Shown: piece after piece, positions 8,666 to 17,539 of the stretch
How positions within the stretch are numbered: position 1 is the first letter of the stretch
Layout of the letters: each line of letters opens with the position of its first letter
The notes under the pieces: generated by a model
What the model was told of the DNA's origin: nothing
The model's database searches: none
Seen by the model: only the letters and a program-made list of their open reading frames with translations
Assembly (NCBI GenBank): GCA_046290225.1
Contig: JBKAGE010000037.1
Span: 32,001 to 96,000 of the forward strand
Direction of reading: 5' to 3'
Origin: Bradymonadia bacterium
GTDB taxonomy: Bacteria; Myxococcota_A; Bradymonadia; UBA7976; UBA1532
DNA length: 64,000 nt
Translations under genes and position numbers: made by a program

Positions 8666-11443
8666 TCAGGGCTGCTCGAGCGCCACGCTCAGAATGTACG
8701 CCCCTTGCCACCCCTGGTTGAAGCCCACATCGAAATATCCATCAACAAAGATGAACACGGGCACACCAGCGGAGAGCTCGATCGTGGCGGCGCTGCGCAG
8801 ATCATCCTGACTGAGGTTGTCATTGCACGCCAGTTCCACCTCAGGCCCTTCGAAGGCACACAAACTACGTACGTACAGCACCGGATCAGCAAAGACATCG
8901 GGGCTGGACACCTCGATCCGCCACTGACCATCTTCTGGTGGCGTAAAGGTGTACACATCAGCACCGGCCCCACCACCACACAGACCCTGTGTCAGCGCTG
9001 GCTGCCCTGTCGTGTCGCCATTGACGCGCCAGTCGCCCCAATCCATGAATGGGGTCAGATCTGTAACCTCCCAAGCCTCGGGGCAGGCAGGCTCGGGCAG
9101 CACGCATCGAGGTGGCTCATCCGTCAGGCAAAGCTCGGGCGCAGGGCAGAGGCTCAATGCCCCGAGGGGATCGCACGCATCACCGGACATCAACAGTCTG
9201 GGGGACTGAATGGGCTGGATCACCGGCTCGCTGAAAACACCGCTCTGATCGAAGAAACGCACACGGGCCAGCTCGGCAGAGGCCAGCGCAGGATCTGGAG
9301 GCCACAACACCCTCACCTCTCCCGTCAGTCGGTTCTGAGGATCCATGACGAGGCGATCAAAGCCCACGCCTACCAGCGGCCCGTCTTCGAGGTGCAGGAG
9401 ATCACCCTCTGTATCGAGGGGGACCACTTCAAAGCCTGCAAGGGGGTTGAGCGCCCGAGCCTCAAAGATCATGCCGAGGGCCAGCGTCTCGCCGTTCAGA
9501 TAGACCTCGAGCAGCTCGATCTCCGGCCGTGGTGGGGGCACACAGCGCCCCTGACCTTCTTCATCAACCTCACAACGACTCTGAAAACGGCAGCGACTCT
9601 CGAGCCACAGCGGATCACATGGCTCGCCGTCTTCCGCCACAGGCTGTGGTCTCACAGGCACATTGAGGGGGTCGCTCGTGAGCCCGAACTGATCGTAGAG
9701 CTGCAACTGCACCGCCGCAGGTGTCTGTACCCCACCGAGCCTGATCGAAGTCACCGCCCTGAAGGCCCGTTGGCCGACGATGGGGCTGAAGGGTTCCAGG
9801 GCGACCTCCACTGGCTGCGGCTCGCCCATGACGTCCGGCCACATGATGGGCATCCCCCGGTCATCGAAGAAGCTCACCATCAGCCCCTCAGCATCGAGGG
9901 TGTCGTCAAAGCCTTCAGCGAGGATCACCAGCACCCCCGAGCCGTCGAGGGCATCACCTTCCACCAGCACAGGCGCCGTGGCCAGCACGCACACCGCGCC
10001 ATCAGGGTTTGCCTCGCAGAATGCATCTGAGGTGCAGCGATCATCCACCTCGTTCAGATCACATGGGGCACCGATCTCGCTGACCGGTTGAGGCTCGAGG
10101 GGGATCAGCAGCGGAGGGCTCATGTTGCCTCTGGCGTCGAGCAAGCTGACCTGCACGTGCAGCCCCAGTTGAGCGATCTCCGGCGCCACCCAGAGTGACC
10201 ATCTCAGGAAGATGTCCACCTCACCGAGGGTGACAGCGCTCACGTCGATCAGCGCGCTGAGGCGGTCGTCGAGGGGGTAGATTCGGATGGGGATCCCAAC
10301 ATCGTCGAGCACGCTCACCTCGAACGCCACCACGTCCGCGCCGGGATCAGTGCCCTCGAGCCGCATCGCCAGCCGCTCTCCGTCGAGGGTGGCGAACCCA
10401 TCTTCGATGATGGGGCTCACATCGAGCACACAGCGCCCTTGCCCCGGCGGCGCGTTGCCCTGCATCAACACCCGAGACTGACAGTAGTGACCGTCAGTAC
10501 ACCGATTCTCCACCCCCTCCACATCACAGAGCTCGCCGGGCTCGACTTCTGGCAAGCGGCTCACGATGAGGGTGAACTCTCCGCCACCCGGCACCTCGGA
10601 ATCTACGAAGAGATACACCGTCTGTTCCGCCTCCAGGAACAGGCTGAGCGCGCTCTGAAGACCCCGCGCGTTGTCATTGCACCCGAGCATCACCCCATCA
10701 GTGCACTGATCTTCCACATAGAGCACCGTGTCGTGCCGAGTGCCTGGGTCGACGGTGCTGATACGCCAAAGGCCAGCGACAGGTGGCGTAAATCGAAAGC
10801 TGCTCTCTGGCCCGGTGCCGCCACACACCCCCTCGTGCACTGAGGGCCCGGGCAGCGTCTCGCTGGCATACCGAAGGCCCCAGCCTTCGAGAGGTTGGGC
10901 GATGTCCACGAGCTCTGGGAACCGCTCTGGCTCACAGAGCGACATGCCCGGATCGTCCGCGTCGGGCGCCTCAGCGTCAGACAGCTCCAACTCAGCGTCC
11001 AGCTCGACCAGCCCTACGTCCACCATGCCCGCGTCAGATACAGCCATGGCATCGATGATGCTCACATCGGCATCAACCACTTCGGGCATACTGGCATCGG
11101 ACACACTCGTCTCAGTCTCGTCAACAGAGGCATCCTGTACCGCGGCATCACGTGAAGCCCCGTCAGAGACAACGCTCTCAGCATCTTCGTGCTCTGCGTC
11201 TGTTTGCCCGAACACATCAGCATCCATGTGTTCAGCATCATAAGAGGAGGCATCAGGTGAGTGAACCGGGCTCGCGTCGTTTCGGGAAAGCGAGGTATCA
11301 GCTGGGGTCTCGGGGGCACAGCCCCAGGCCAGCATCAACCCTATGCATCCCCAGAAGAACGTCTTGATGACAGTCACTCTCTTGGTCCCGAATGGCGACT
11401 GGACGAGTGTGCGCCTTTCATCGCATCTCTGCAAAGGGCACAT
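8666..11443 (-). CDS. Large acidic lipoprotein with PPC-like domains and Cys-rich internal repeats (start uncertain)
   Basis: LAWGC lipobox, DA-rich linker, two C.G....D/S..F.PP..G.WRI...D.VLYV...C...CNDN modules, and repeated CD.....C motifs. Confidence 0.7.
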   Translation of the reverse strand: MCPLQRCDERRTLVQSPFGTKRVTVIKTFFWGCIGLMLAWGCAPETPADTSLSRNDASPVHSPDASSYDAEHMDADVFGQTDAEHEDAESVVSDGASRDAAVQDASVDETETSVSDASMPEVVDADVSIIDAMAVSDAGMVDVGLVELDAELELSDAEAPDADDPGMSLCEPERFPELVDIAQPLEGWGLRYASETLPGPSVHEGVCGGTGPESSFRFTPPVAGLWRISTVDPGTRHDTVLYVEDQCTDGVMLGCNDNARGLQSALSLFLEAEQTVYLFVDSEVPGGGEFTLIVSRLPEVEPGELCDVEGVENRCTDGHYCQSRVLMQGNAPPGQGRCVLDVSPIIEDGFATLDGERLAMRLEGTDPGADVVAFEVSVLDDVGIPIRIYPLDDRLSALIDVSAVTLGEVDIFLRWSLWVAPEIAQLGLHVQVSLLDARGNMSPPLLIPLEPQPVSEIGAPCDLNEVDDRCTSDAFCEANPDGAVCVLATAPVLVEGDALDGSGVLVILAEGFDDTLDAEGLMVSFFDDRGMPIMWPDVMGEPQPVEVALEPFSPIVGQRAFRAVTSIRLGGVQTPAAVQLQLYDQFGLTSDPLNVPVRPQPVAEDGEPCDPLWLESRCRFQSRCEVDEEGQGRCVPPPRPEIELLEVYLNGETLALGMIFEARALNPLAGFEVVPLDTEGDLLHLEDGPLVGVGFDRLVMDPQNRLTGEVRVLWPPDPALASAELARVRFFDQSGVFSEPVIQPIQSPRLLMSGDACDPLGALSLCPAPELCLTDEPPRCVLPEPACPEAWEVTDLTPFMDWGDWRVNGDTTGQPALTQGLCGGGAGADVYTFTPPEDGQWRIEVSSPDVFADPVLYVRSLCAFEGPEVELACNDNLSQDDLRSAATIELSAGVPVFIFVDGYFDVGFNQGWQGAYILSVALEQP

Positions 11444-11497
11444 CAGCCATTGACCAGAGTCTTCGGCATTTTGGGGGGGTCAACCGTAGAAAAGCGG

Positions 11498-13069
11498 TCA
11501 CTCCGTTGGTGCTGCCCACACCGTTATACGGCGGATCGACATGCGGCCGCTCCAGACATACGCCCCCACTCGATCGCGCTCTGCGCCACCACCGGGGCCA
11601 GGATCGATGATGCTGACCCGGTATTGGCCGTCCCAGCCGATGCGGGCGAAGTTGTCGGTCCGCCAGGCCCTCACCGTGTAGAGCACGCCCGTCTCCGGCG
11701 CCAGGCCTTCTTCGAGGCCCGCCCGGGTGTCGTCGACGTTGATGGCCGTCCGGGCGCGCTCGTTGGTCCCAAAGCCGAAGTAGTAACCCTGCAAGACCGG
11801 ATCATCCGAGGTGCTGTTGACCAGCAGGGACAGCTCGTTGTCCCCCTCTGCTTCGATCTCCACCAGCACCCGACCCGGCACGCTCACTGGCGCCAGGAGG
11901 AAGCCCTCAGTGCCTTCTTCGGCCGTGCCCACCAACACGCCGTTCTCGACCACCCAGTCACCGCTGGCGATCTCCCAGGCGGAGAGGTCTGCGTTGCGCT
12001 CGAAGGTCTGGTGAAACACCGGCTCCCAGGCCAGCATGCTGTCTTCCATCACCCGATCGCCGAGGCCACCGTCGTCACGTGCCGGCGCCAGGGCGTGGTA
12101 CTCCACGTACTTGTAGAAGTCGATCCACGCCTCGGTGATCGCGAGGAATGCATCCTCAGAGGGGTAGCGCCCGTTGGGCAGATCGAGATCGAGCATGGCT
12201 CGATCGGCCACCACTTGGCCCAAATCGAAGAGCGGGATCTGATTCTGCTCCGCCAGCAGGCGAATGATGGCGTTCGCCGAGTCCACCAGCTGAAAATCAC
12301 CGGGGTTCGGCTGCAAGATCGGCGGCAGGGTCATGAGCATGGGCATCGTGCCCTGAGCGAGGCAGGCGTCGATGATCGTCTGTAGATCGGTCTGGTAAGC
12401 CTCGTCGGTGTAGGTGCCGTTGATGATGTCGTTGGTGCCGAAGAGGATCGTGGCCAGCTCGGCCTGCGCCTCCGGAATCACCACCGGCGCCTGCATGGCG
12501 CCCCACCCGGAGCCGCGTCCGAATGCCGCGCCGACGCTCTTCTCGAAGTGAATGTACCCTTCACCCTCAGAGATACCGCTGCCCTCGTAAGGGGCAGTAC
12601 GGTGCGTCCTCAAGAAGGCGCCGCTCGCCGAGATGCCATCACCCAGGGCGAGGATCGACTTGGCGGTGTTCTCGGGGTTGTAGCGGCCGATGTTCGTCGC
12701 GTACCAGTCTTCGGGGAACAGGCCGTAAATCGAAGGGTTGGGCTCGGGCAACATCTCGCCCCCCTCCCAGAATGGGTCGGACCAGGGCATGAGCTCTGGG
12801 GGGGTGTCCTCCACCATACCCCCAGCACCAGCCTCGCCGCCGGCACCACCGACATCACCACCTGTGGCGCCTTCACCACCAGCGCCGCCTTCGCCGACTC
12901 CACCAGCACCGGCCATGCCACCTGAGCCGCCATCGACGCCGCCCATATCTCCAGCATCGGCCTCATTGCCACCTGAGACAGTCGCGTCGTCGTCACACCC
13001 CGCCTGGGCGAGGCACAAAATCATCAGGGCCGAGAGCACACTCGATCCGGACAGCGCACCACGTTTCAT
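11498..13069 (-). CDS. Lipoprotein with an SGNH/GDSL-like domain and a C-terminal concanavalin-like domain
   Basis: QAGC lipobox; ILALGDGIS and ILFGTND blocks; C-terminal beta-rich domain (W.V.NG.L.G). Confidence 0.65.
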   Translation of the reverse strand: MKRGALSGSSVLSALMILCLAQAGCDDDATVSGGNEADAGDMGGVDGGSGGMAGAGGVGEGGAGGEGATGGDVGGAGGEAGAGGMVEDTPPELMPWSDPFWEGGEMLPEPNPSIYGLFPEDWYATNIGRYNPENTAKSILALGDGISASGAFLRTHRTAPYEGSGISEGEGYIHFEKSVGAAFGRGSGWGAMQAPVVIPEAQAELATILFGTNDIINGTYTDEAYQTDLQTIIDACLAQGTMPMLMTLPPILQPNPGDFQLVDSANAIIRLLAEQNQIPLFDLGQVVADRAMLDLDLPNGRYPSEDAFLAITEAWIDFYKYVEYHALAPARDDGGLGDRVMEDSMLAWEPVFHQTFERNADLSAWEIASGDWVVENGVLVGTAEEGTEGFLLAPVSVPGRVLVEIEAEGDNELSLLVNSTSDDPVLQGYYFGFGTNERARTAINVDDTRAGLEEGLAPETGVLYTVRAWRTDNFARIGWDGQYRVSIIDPGPGGGAERDRVGAYVWSGRMSIRRITVWAAPTE

Positions 13070-13170
13070 ACCTGAGCTCCCTCTATACTCTGCTCGGAGC
13101 GGCATGATAGCGGAGAAGACGGGTCTTACATAGACCTACCTAGCACCACAAACGACATCTCATTGAAATT

Positions 13171-13881
13171 TCAAGACTCTTTTACGAGTTCAGGCACACG
13201 AACGACAGCGCTCCATTCGGTGACCCCCACGCCGAGATTCTTCGCCGCGCGACCTGCAGTGCGCAACAACCGCACAGCTTGAACCGCCTCGACGCAGTAG
13301 CGACCACGGCAGTAGGCCACGATCTCCCTGCCCTCGAGCAGCTCGTCCAGGCGTGTTTCGAGCTCGCTCAGCGGCACCGACATCGCCCCAGGAATGTGCC
13401 CATCGGCGAACTCGTCCTTGGAGCGCACGTCGAGAAGCACCACCTCGTTCTTGCGCACACGCTCCAACAGCGCTTTGGCATCGAGGGCATCGACATGCTC
13501 TGGGCTCTCGTAGAACGATTGCACCATGGCGCTGAAGACCGGATCGCTCTCTGCTGCCCGATCCTGCATCTTCAACCAGAAGGTCCTCATCCCTTCATCG
13601 GCGATGCGATAGAGCACCTGACGACCAGAGCGCCGATAACGAACGATGTTGGCGTTGTGCAGAATCTTGAGCTGCGCGCTCGTGTTCGCCCGACTCTGGC
13701 CGACCCGGTTGGCCAACCCGTCTACAGACTGCTCCTCCACCTGCATGAGGCAGGCGACGAGTTGAATGCGTACAGGGTTCGTAAAGGCGGCGGCGAGACG
13801 TGCGATCGCTTCGAATCGGGCCCGCTGCACCTCATCCTTGAGCGCAGAGAGGGTGTTGGGATGGGTCATTTCATGGGTCAA
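13171..13881 (-). CDS. ArsR/SmtB regulator fused to a rhodanese domain
   Basis: N-terminal wHTH (NPVRIQL...SRANTSAQLKIL); LLDVRS..EF..GHIPGA and AYCRGRYC. Confidence 0.92.
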   Translation of the reverse strand: MTHEMTHPNTLSALKDEVQRARFEAIARLAAAFTNPVRIQLVACLMQVEEQSVDGLANRVGQSRANTSAQLKILHNANIVRYRRSGRQVLYRIADEGMRTFWLKMQDRAAESDPVFSAMVQSFYESPEHVDALDAKALLERVRKNEVVLLDVRSKDEFADGHIPGAMSVPLSELETRLDELLEGREIVAYCRGRYCVEAVQAVRLLRTAGRAAKNLGVGVTEWSAVVRVPELVKES

Positions 13882-14249
13882 GGGTCAGACCTGACGACTT
13901 GGTGCTCGCTTGGATGGGTGAGCACGCAATTAAGGTGTATGTGCAATCCCTCATATTTCGCCCGAAGTTCTGTGGAATCGCAACATCATCTGTCTCACTC
14001 TGTCCCCCGATGTTGCGACACTGTTTTGATGATTTGAACGTAACGCCATGTGTCTTGATGCGTTTCACCTCTGTGAAACCCGCATATGTGCAGATCGTGC
14101 AGGGTCGGCACGCACAATGCAAACCCCACTCGTCACTGCACGGTGACACGTCATGACCGGGCCGAGACCCACTGAATTTGAGTTGAAGCTTCACCACACC
14201 GTATTTCGTTTAACGCCAAAAACCCCATATCCCCCATGAGGCAGAACCC

Positions 14250-14756
14250 ATGTACCCCTTTTCCCGCATGCTTGCCTGGTCCTGCCTGCTCTCGACCATG
14301 ACGTGGGCCCACACAGCTTTTGCTGGCGGTGAGCACGTCGTCTCCACCAAATTCGTTCACCTGTCGACCCACTCCGCCGACCAGGCCGATCACACGTTCT
14401 ATGGTGCGGGGTTGATGTACGAGTTCCCTCTCGTGCACCACGTCGTGGAGATGGAATTCGCTGTAGAAGGCCTCGTGGCCGACGGGGTCTACGCCACACC
14501 TGTGGACGTACGCCTCAAGGTGCCCTTCCACCTGAACCGGAACACGGATCTGTATGTGGGCGCAGGTGCGGTGGCCGACACGGTCTACGACCATGGAGAC
14601 ACACGGGTCTACCCGGGCATGGTCTCCACGGTAGGGGCCTATTTGTGGAGCGCAGACACGCTCGGCGTGGTCCTCGAGGTGGATTACCTCGTGATCTCCG
14701 AAGAGCGTACAGTGCACGAAATCGAGAGCGGCATCGGTGTCGCCTACCGCTACTGA
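14250..14756 (+). CDS. Small secreted beta-barrel (outer-membrane) protein
   Basis: Signal peptide ending AFA; alternating beta strands; C-terminal GVAYRY. Confidence 0.6.
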   Translation: MYPFSRMLAWSCLLSTMTWAHTAFAGGEHVVSTKFVHLSTHSADQADHTFYGAGLMYEFPLVHHVVEMEFAVEGLVADGVYATPVDVRLKVPFHLNRNTDLYVGAGAVADTVYDHGDTRVYPGMVSTVGAYLWSADTLGVVLEVDYLVISEERTVHEIESGIGVAYRY

Positions 14757-14888
14757 CGACACCGCAGAGCACGCCCTCACTGAAACCTGCCTCTTCAAAG
14801 CGCAATCGCCTTGATTCGACCCGGCCCTCAATGGAAGATCGGCGGCCAGTGTGACCGAAAAGCACACACCGTTGGTGGAGGTGAGACA

Positions 14889-17069
14889 GTGAGAACCCGG
14901 GGAACCCTCCTGGCCGGTTTGGCGGCCCTCTTGAGCGTGGGGGTGGCGAGCCCACCCCAGGCCCACGCCCAGAACTGTGAATATCCTGGCATTCTGGTGG
15001 TGTTGGACCGCTCGATCAGCATGTACAGCGGCCGCATCGGTGGCACACGCAAGTGGGACATTGCCCGTGACGCCACAGCCTCGATGCTCAACGCCCACGG
15101 TGATGCGGCCCACTTCGGCCTGATGCTCTACCCCGGCCCGTCAGGGAACGGTGCTCAGGGTGTCGAAGGTGCTGTGGGCGCGTGCAACTACAACCGGCAA
15201 GATGCCGGCTGCACCCCCCTGGCCCCCCGCTGCACCACCGGCGAGGTGGTGGTGGACATCGGCGCCAACACCCGCAATGCCATCATCGGCCAGCTCGACT
15301 GGCCTGACGGGCTGAGCAACTCGTACACCCCCACCTGGCAATCTCTCGAGGCAGCTCGGCGCTACCCTCAGCTCACGCTGCAGAACCGCCGCAACTTCGT
15401 GATCCTGGTCACAGACGGCTACCAGTGCTGTGGCCTCATCAGCGAGAACGGCAACCTCAGCTGCGAGCCCGAGAACTCCAACCTGATCCCCGACAAGGTG
15501 GAGGCCCTCACCGACGCCGGCATCACCACCTACGTGGTGGGCTTCGGCAGCTCCACCGACGTGCGCACGCTGCATCGCGCAGCGATCCGCGCGGGGACCA
15601 CCCGCCCGGGCTGCAACGTCAACGTGGACAACCCCGGCGCTGGCCAGGAATGCTACTACCAGGCCAGCGACGCCCAGTCGCTCAACCGTTTCCTCGACGA
15701 CATCGTCCGCGACATCTCGGAAGAGGTCTGTGACGGCCAGGACAACGACTGTGACGGGGTCACCGATGAGCGCCTGAGCCGGGCCTGCAACGGCGCCTGT
15801 GGCGCCGGTGTCGAGGAATGCTTCAACGGCCGCTGGGGCAACTGCGACGCCCCAGGTGCTGATCCCGAGGTCTGCAACGGCCGCGACGACGACTGCGACA
15901 ACAACGCCGACGAGGGCCTCTTCCGTGACTGCGCCACAAACTGTGGTCAAGGGGTCGAGAGCTGCGTGAACGGCAACTGGGGCGCCTGTGACGCCCCTGA
16001 TCCGGAGCCGGAGCGCTGCGACGGCGTCGACAACAACTGCAACGGTGTGGTCGATGAAGGCTGTGACTGCCGCTCTGGCGACGAGCGCCCCTGTGGTCAG
16101 GACCAGGGCGCGTGTCAGTCGGGCACTCAGATCTGCCAGAACGACGGCACCTGGAGCGACTGCCAGGGCGCCGTGGGTCCGAGCCCCGAGGTCTGTGACG
16201 GCGTCGACAACGACTGCGACGGCATCATCGACCGCCTGGAGCGCACCTGCTCCACGGCCTGTGGCAACGGCACCGAGCTGTGCGAGCGCGGCGAGTGGGT
16301 GGGCTGCGACGCCCCAGACCTGCGCGCCGAGGTGTGCAACGGCGAAGATGACGACTGCGATGGCCGCTTCGACGAGGGCGTGAGCCGCCCCTGCAGCAGC
16401 ATCTGCGGCGATGGCGTCGAGGAGTGCATCAACGGGCAGTTCTCCAACTGCACCGCGCCCAACCCCATCGAAGAGATCTGCAACAACGGCCGCGACGACA
16501 ACTGCAACGGCCAGGTGGACGAGATGTGCGAGTGCCAGAACGGGCAGCAGCAGCCCTGCGGCAGCGATCTCGGCACCTGCCAGCTCGGGGTGCAAACCTG
16601 CGTGAACAACCAGTGGAGCGACTGTGTGGGGGCCATCGCCCCGGGCACGGAGAGCTGCAATGGTCTGGACGATGACTGTGACGGCATCACCGACGAAGGT
16701 GATCTTTGCGCTGCAGGCCAGGCCTGTGGCTGCGGCGCCTGTGTGGACGCCTGCATCAACAACGAGTGCGACGGCGACGGCGTCTGCACCCGAGGCTTCT
16801 GCATCGAAGACAACTGCCCGGACGGCCTCGTCTGTGAGATGGGCAACTGCGTGCCCGGTGAGGGCGAGGGCAACGGCGGCTCCGGGGGCAGCTTCGGCAC
16901 CCTCCGGGACATGGGCGCTGGTGGCGCTGGCGGTGAGGGGGCCGACAACGGCCCCGTGACCGGCGACAACGGCTGCAACTGCGACGCCACGGGCCGGACC
17001 CGTGGGGGCGAGCTGTGGCTGCTGGCCCTGCTGGGCCTCGGCGCCATCCGTCGTCGCCGAGCCCGTTGA
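14889..17069 (+). CDS. VWA-domain surface protein with 7 CxGxDxDCDG (MopE-like metal-binding) repeats and a MYXO-CTERM-like tail
   Basis: GTG start after GGAGG; MIDAS motif DRSIS...TPT...VTDG; C-terminus GCNCDAT...LWLLALLGLGAIRRRR. Confidence 0.85.
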   Translation: MRTRGTLLAGLAALLSVGVASPPQAHAQNCEYPGILVVLDRSISMYSGRIGGTRKWDIARDATASMLNAHGDAAHFGLMLYPGPSGNGAQGVEGAVGACNYNRQDAGCTPLAPRCTTGEVVVDIGANTRNAIIGQLDWPDGLSNSYTPTWQSLEAARRYPQLTLQNRRNFVILVTDGYQCCGLISENGNLSCEPENSNLIPDKVEALTDAGITTYVVGFGSSTDVRTLHRAAIRAGTTRPGCNVNVDNPGAGQECYYQASDAQSLNRFLDDIVRDISEEVCDGQDNDCDGVTDERLSRACNGACGAGVEECFNGRWGNCDAPGADPEVCNGRDDDCDNNADEGLFRDCATNCGQGVESCVNGNWGACDAPDPEPERCDGVDNNCNGVVDEGCDCRSGDERPCGQDQGACQSGTQICQNDGTWSDCQGAVGPSPEVCDGVDNDCDGIIDRLERTCSTACGNGTELCERGEWVGCDAPDLRAEVCNGEDDDCDGRFDEGVSRPCSSICGDGVEECINGQFSNCTAPNPIEEICNNGRDDNCNGQVDEMCECQNGQQQPCGSDLGTCQLGVQTCVNNQWSDCVGAIAPGTESCNGLDDDCDGITDEGDLCAAGQACGCGACVDACINNECDGDGVCTRGFCIEDNCPDGLVCEMGNCVPGEGEGNGGSGGSFGTLRDMGAGGAGGEGADNGPVTGDNGCNCDATGRTRGGELWLLALLGLGAIRRRRAR

Positions 17070-17539
17070 TCGAGGGCATCCTCCGACCGCCCACCTTCGA
17101 AGAGCTGCCTACTCTGGATCAGCTCTGTTTCCGCTCGAAAGCCAGCTGGGGCTACGACGCCGCGTTCATGGCGCGGTGTCGGCCTGCATTGTGTGTCGAT
17201 CGCACCCTCGCCTCTGCGGGGCTGGTCCAGGTGGCCATGCACGCCCGAGAGATCATGGGCGTGGCCCAGGTGAGCCTTCGCCGCACCGCCGGCGACGTGC
17301 GTGTGGCAGAGCTCGATCTGATGTTCGTGGATCCACCCGCTCACGGTTTGGGTCTGGGGCGGGCGCTGATGGGATGGGCCGTGGAGGTCGCCCGGGAGCG
17401 GCAGGCGCACCGACTGGAGATCTTGTCGGATCCCGGCGCCAAGGGGTTCTACCTGCGCTGTGGAGCGGTGTTGGTGGGCGACGCCCCCTCAGATGTGGTC
17501 CCCGGGCGTCGCCTGCCCTTGCTGCACGTCGAGTTGTGA
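17066..17539 (+). CDS. GNAT N-acetyltransferase
   Basis: RSKASWGYD, MFVDP..HGLGLGRAL and DPGAKGFY motifs; TTG start overlaps the upstream stop. Confidence 0.85.
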   Translation: MIEGILRPPTFEELPTLDQLCFRSKASWGYDAAFMARCRPALCVDRTLASAGLVQVAMHAREIMGVAQVSLRRTAGDVRVAELDLMFVDPPAHGLGLGRALMGWAVEVARERQAHRLEILSDPGAKGFYLRCGAVLVGDAPSDVVPGRRLPLLHVEL

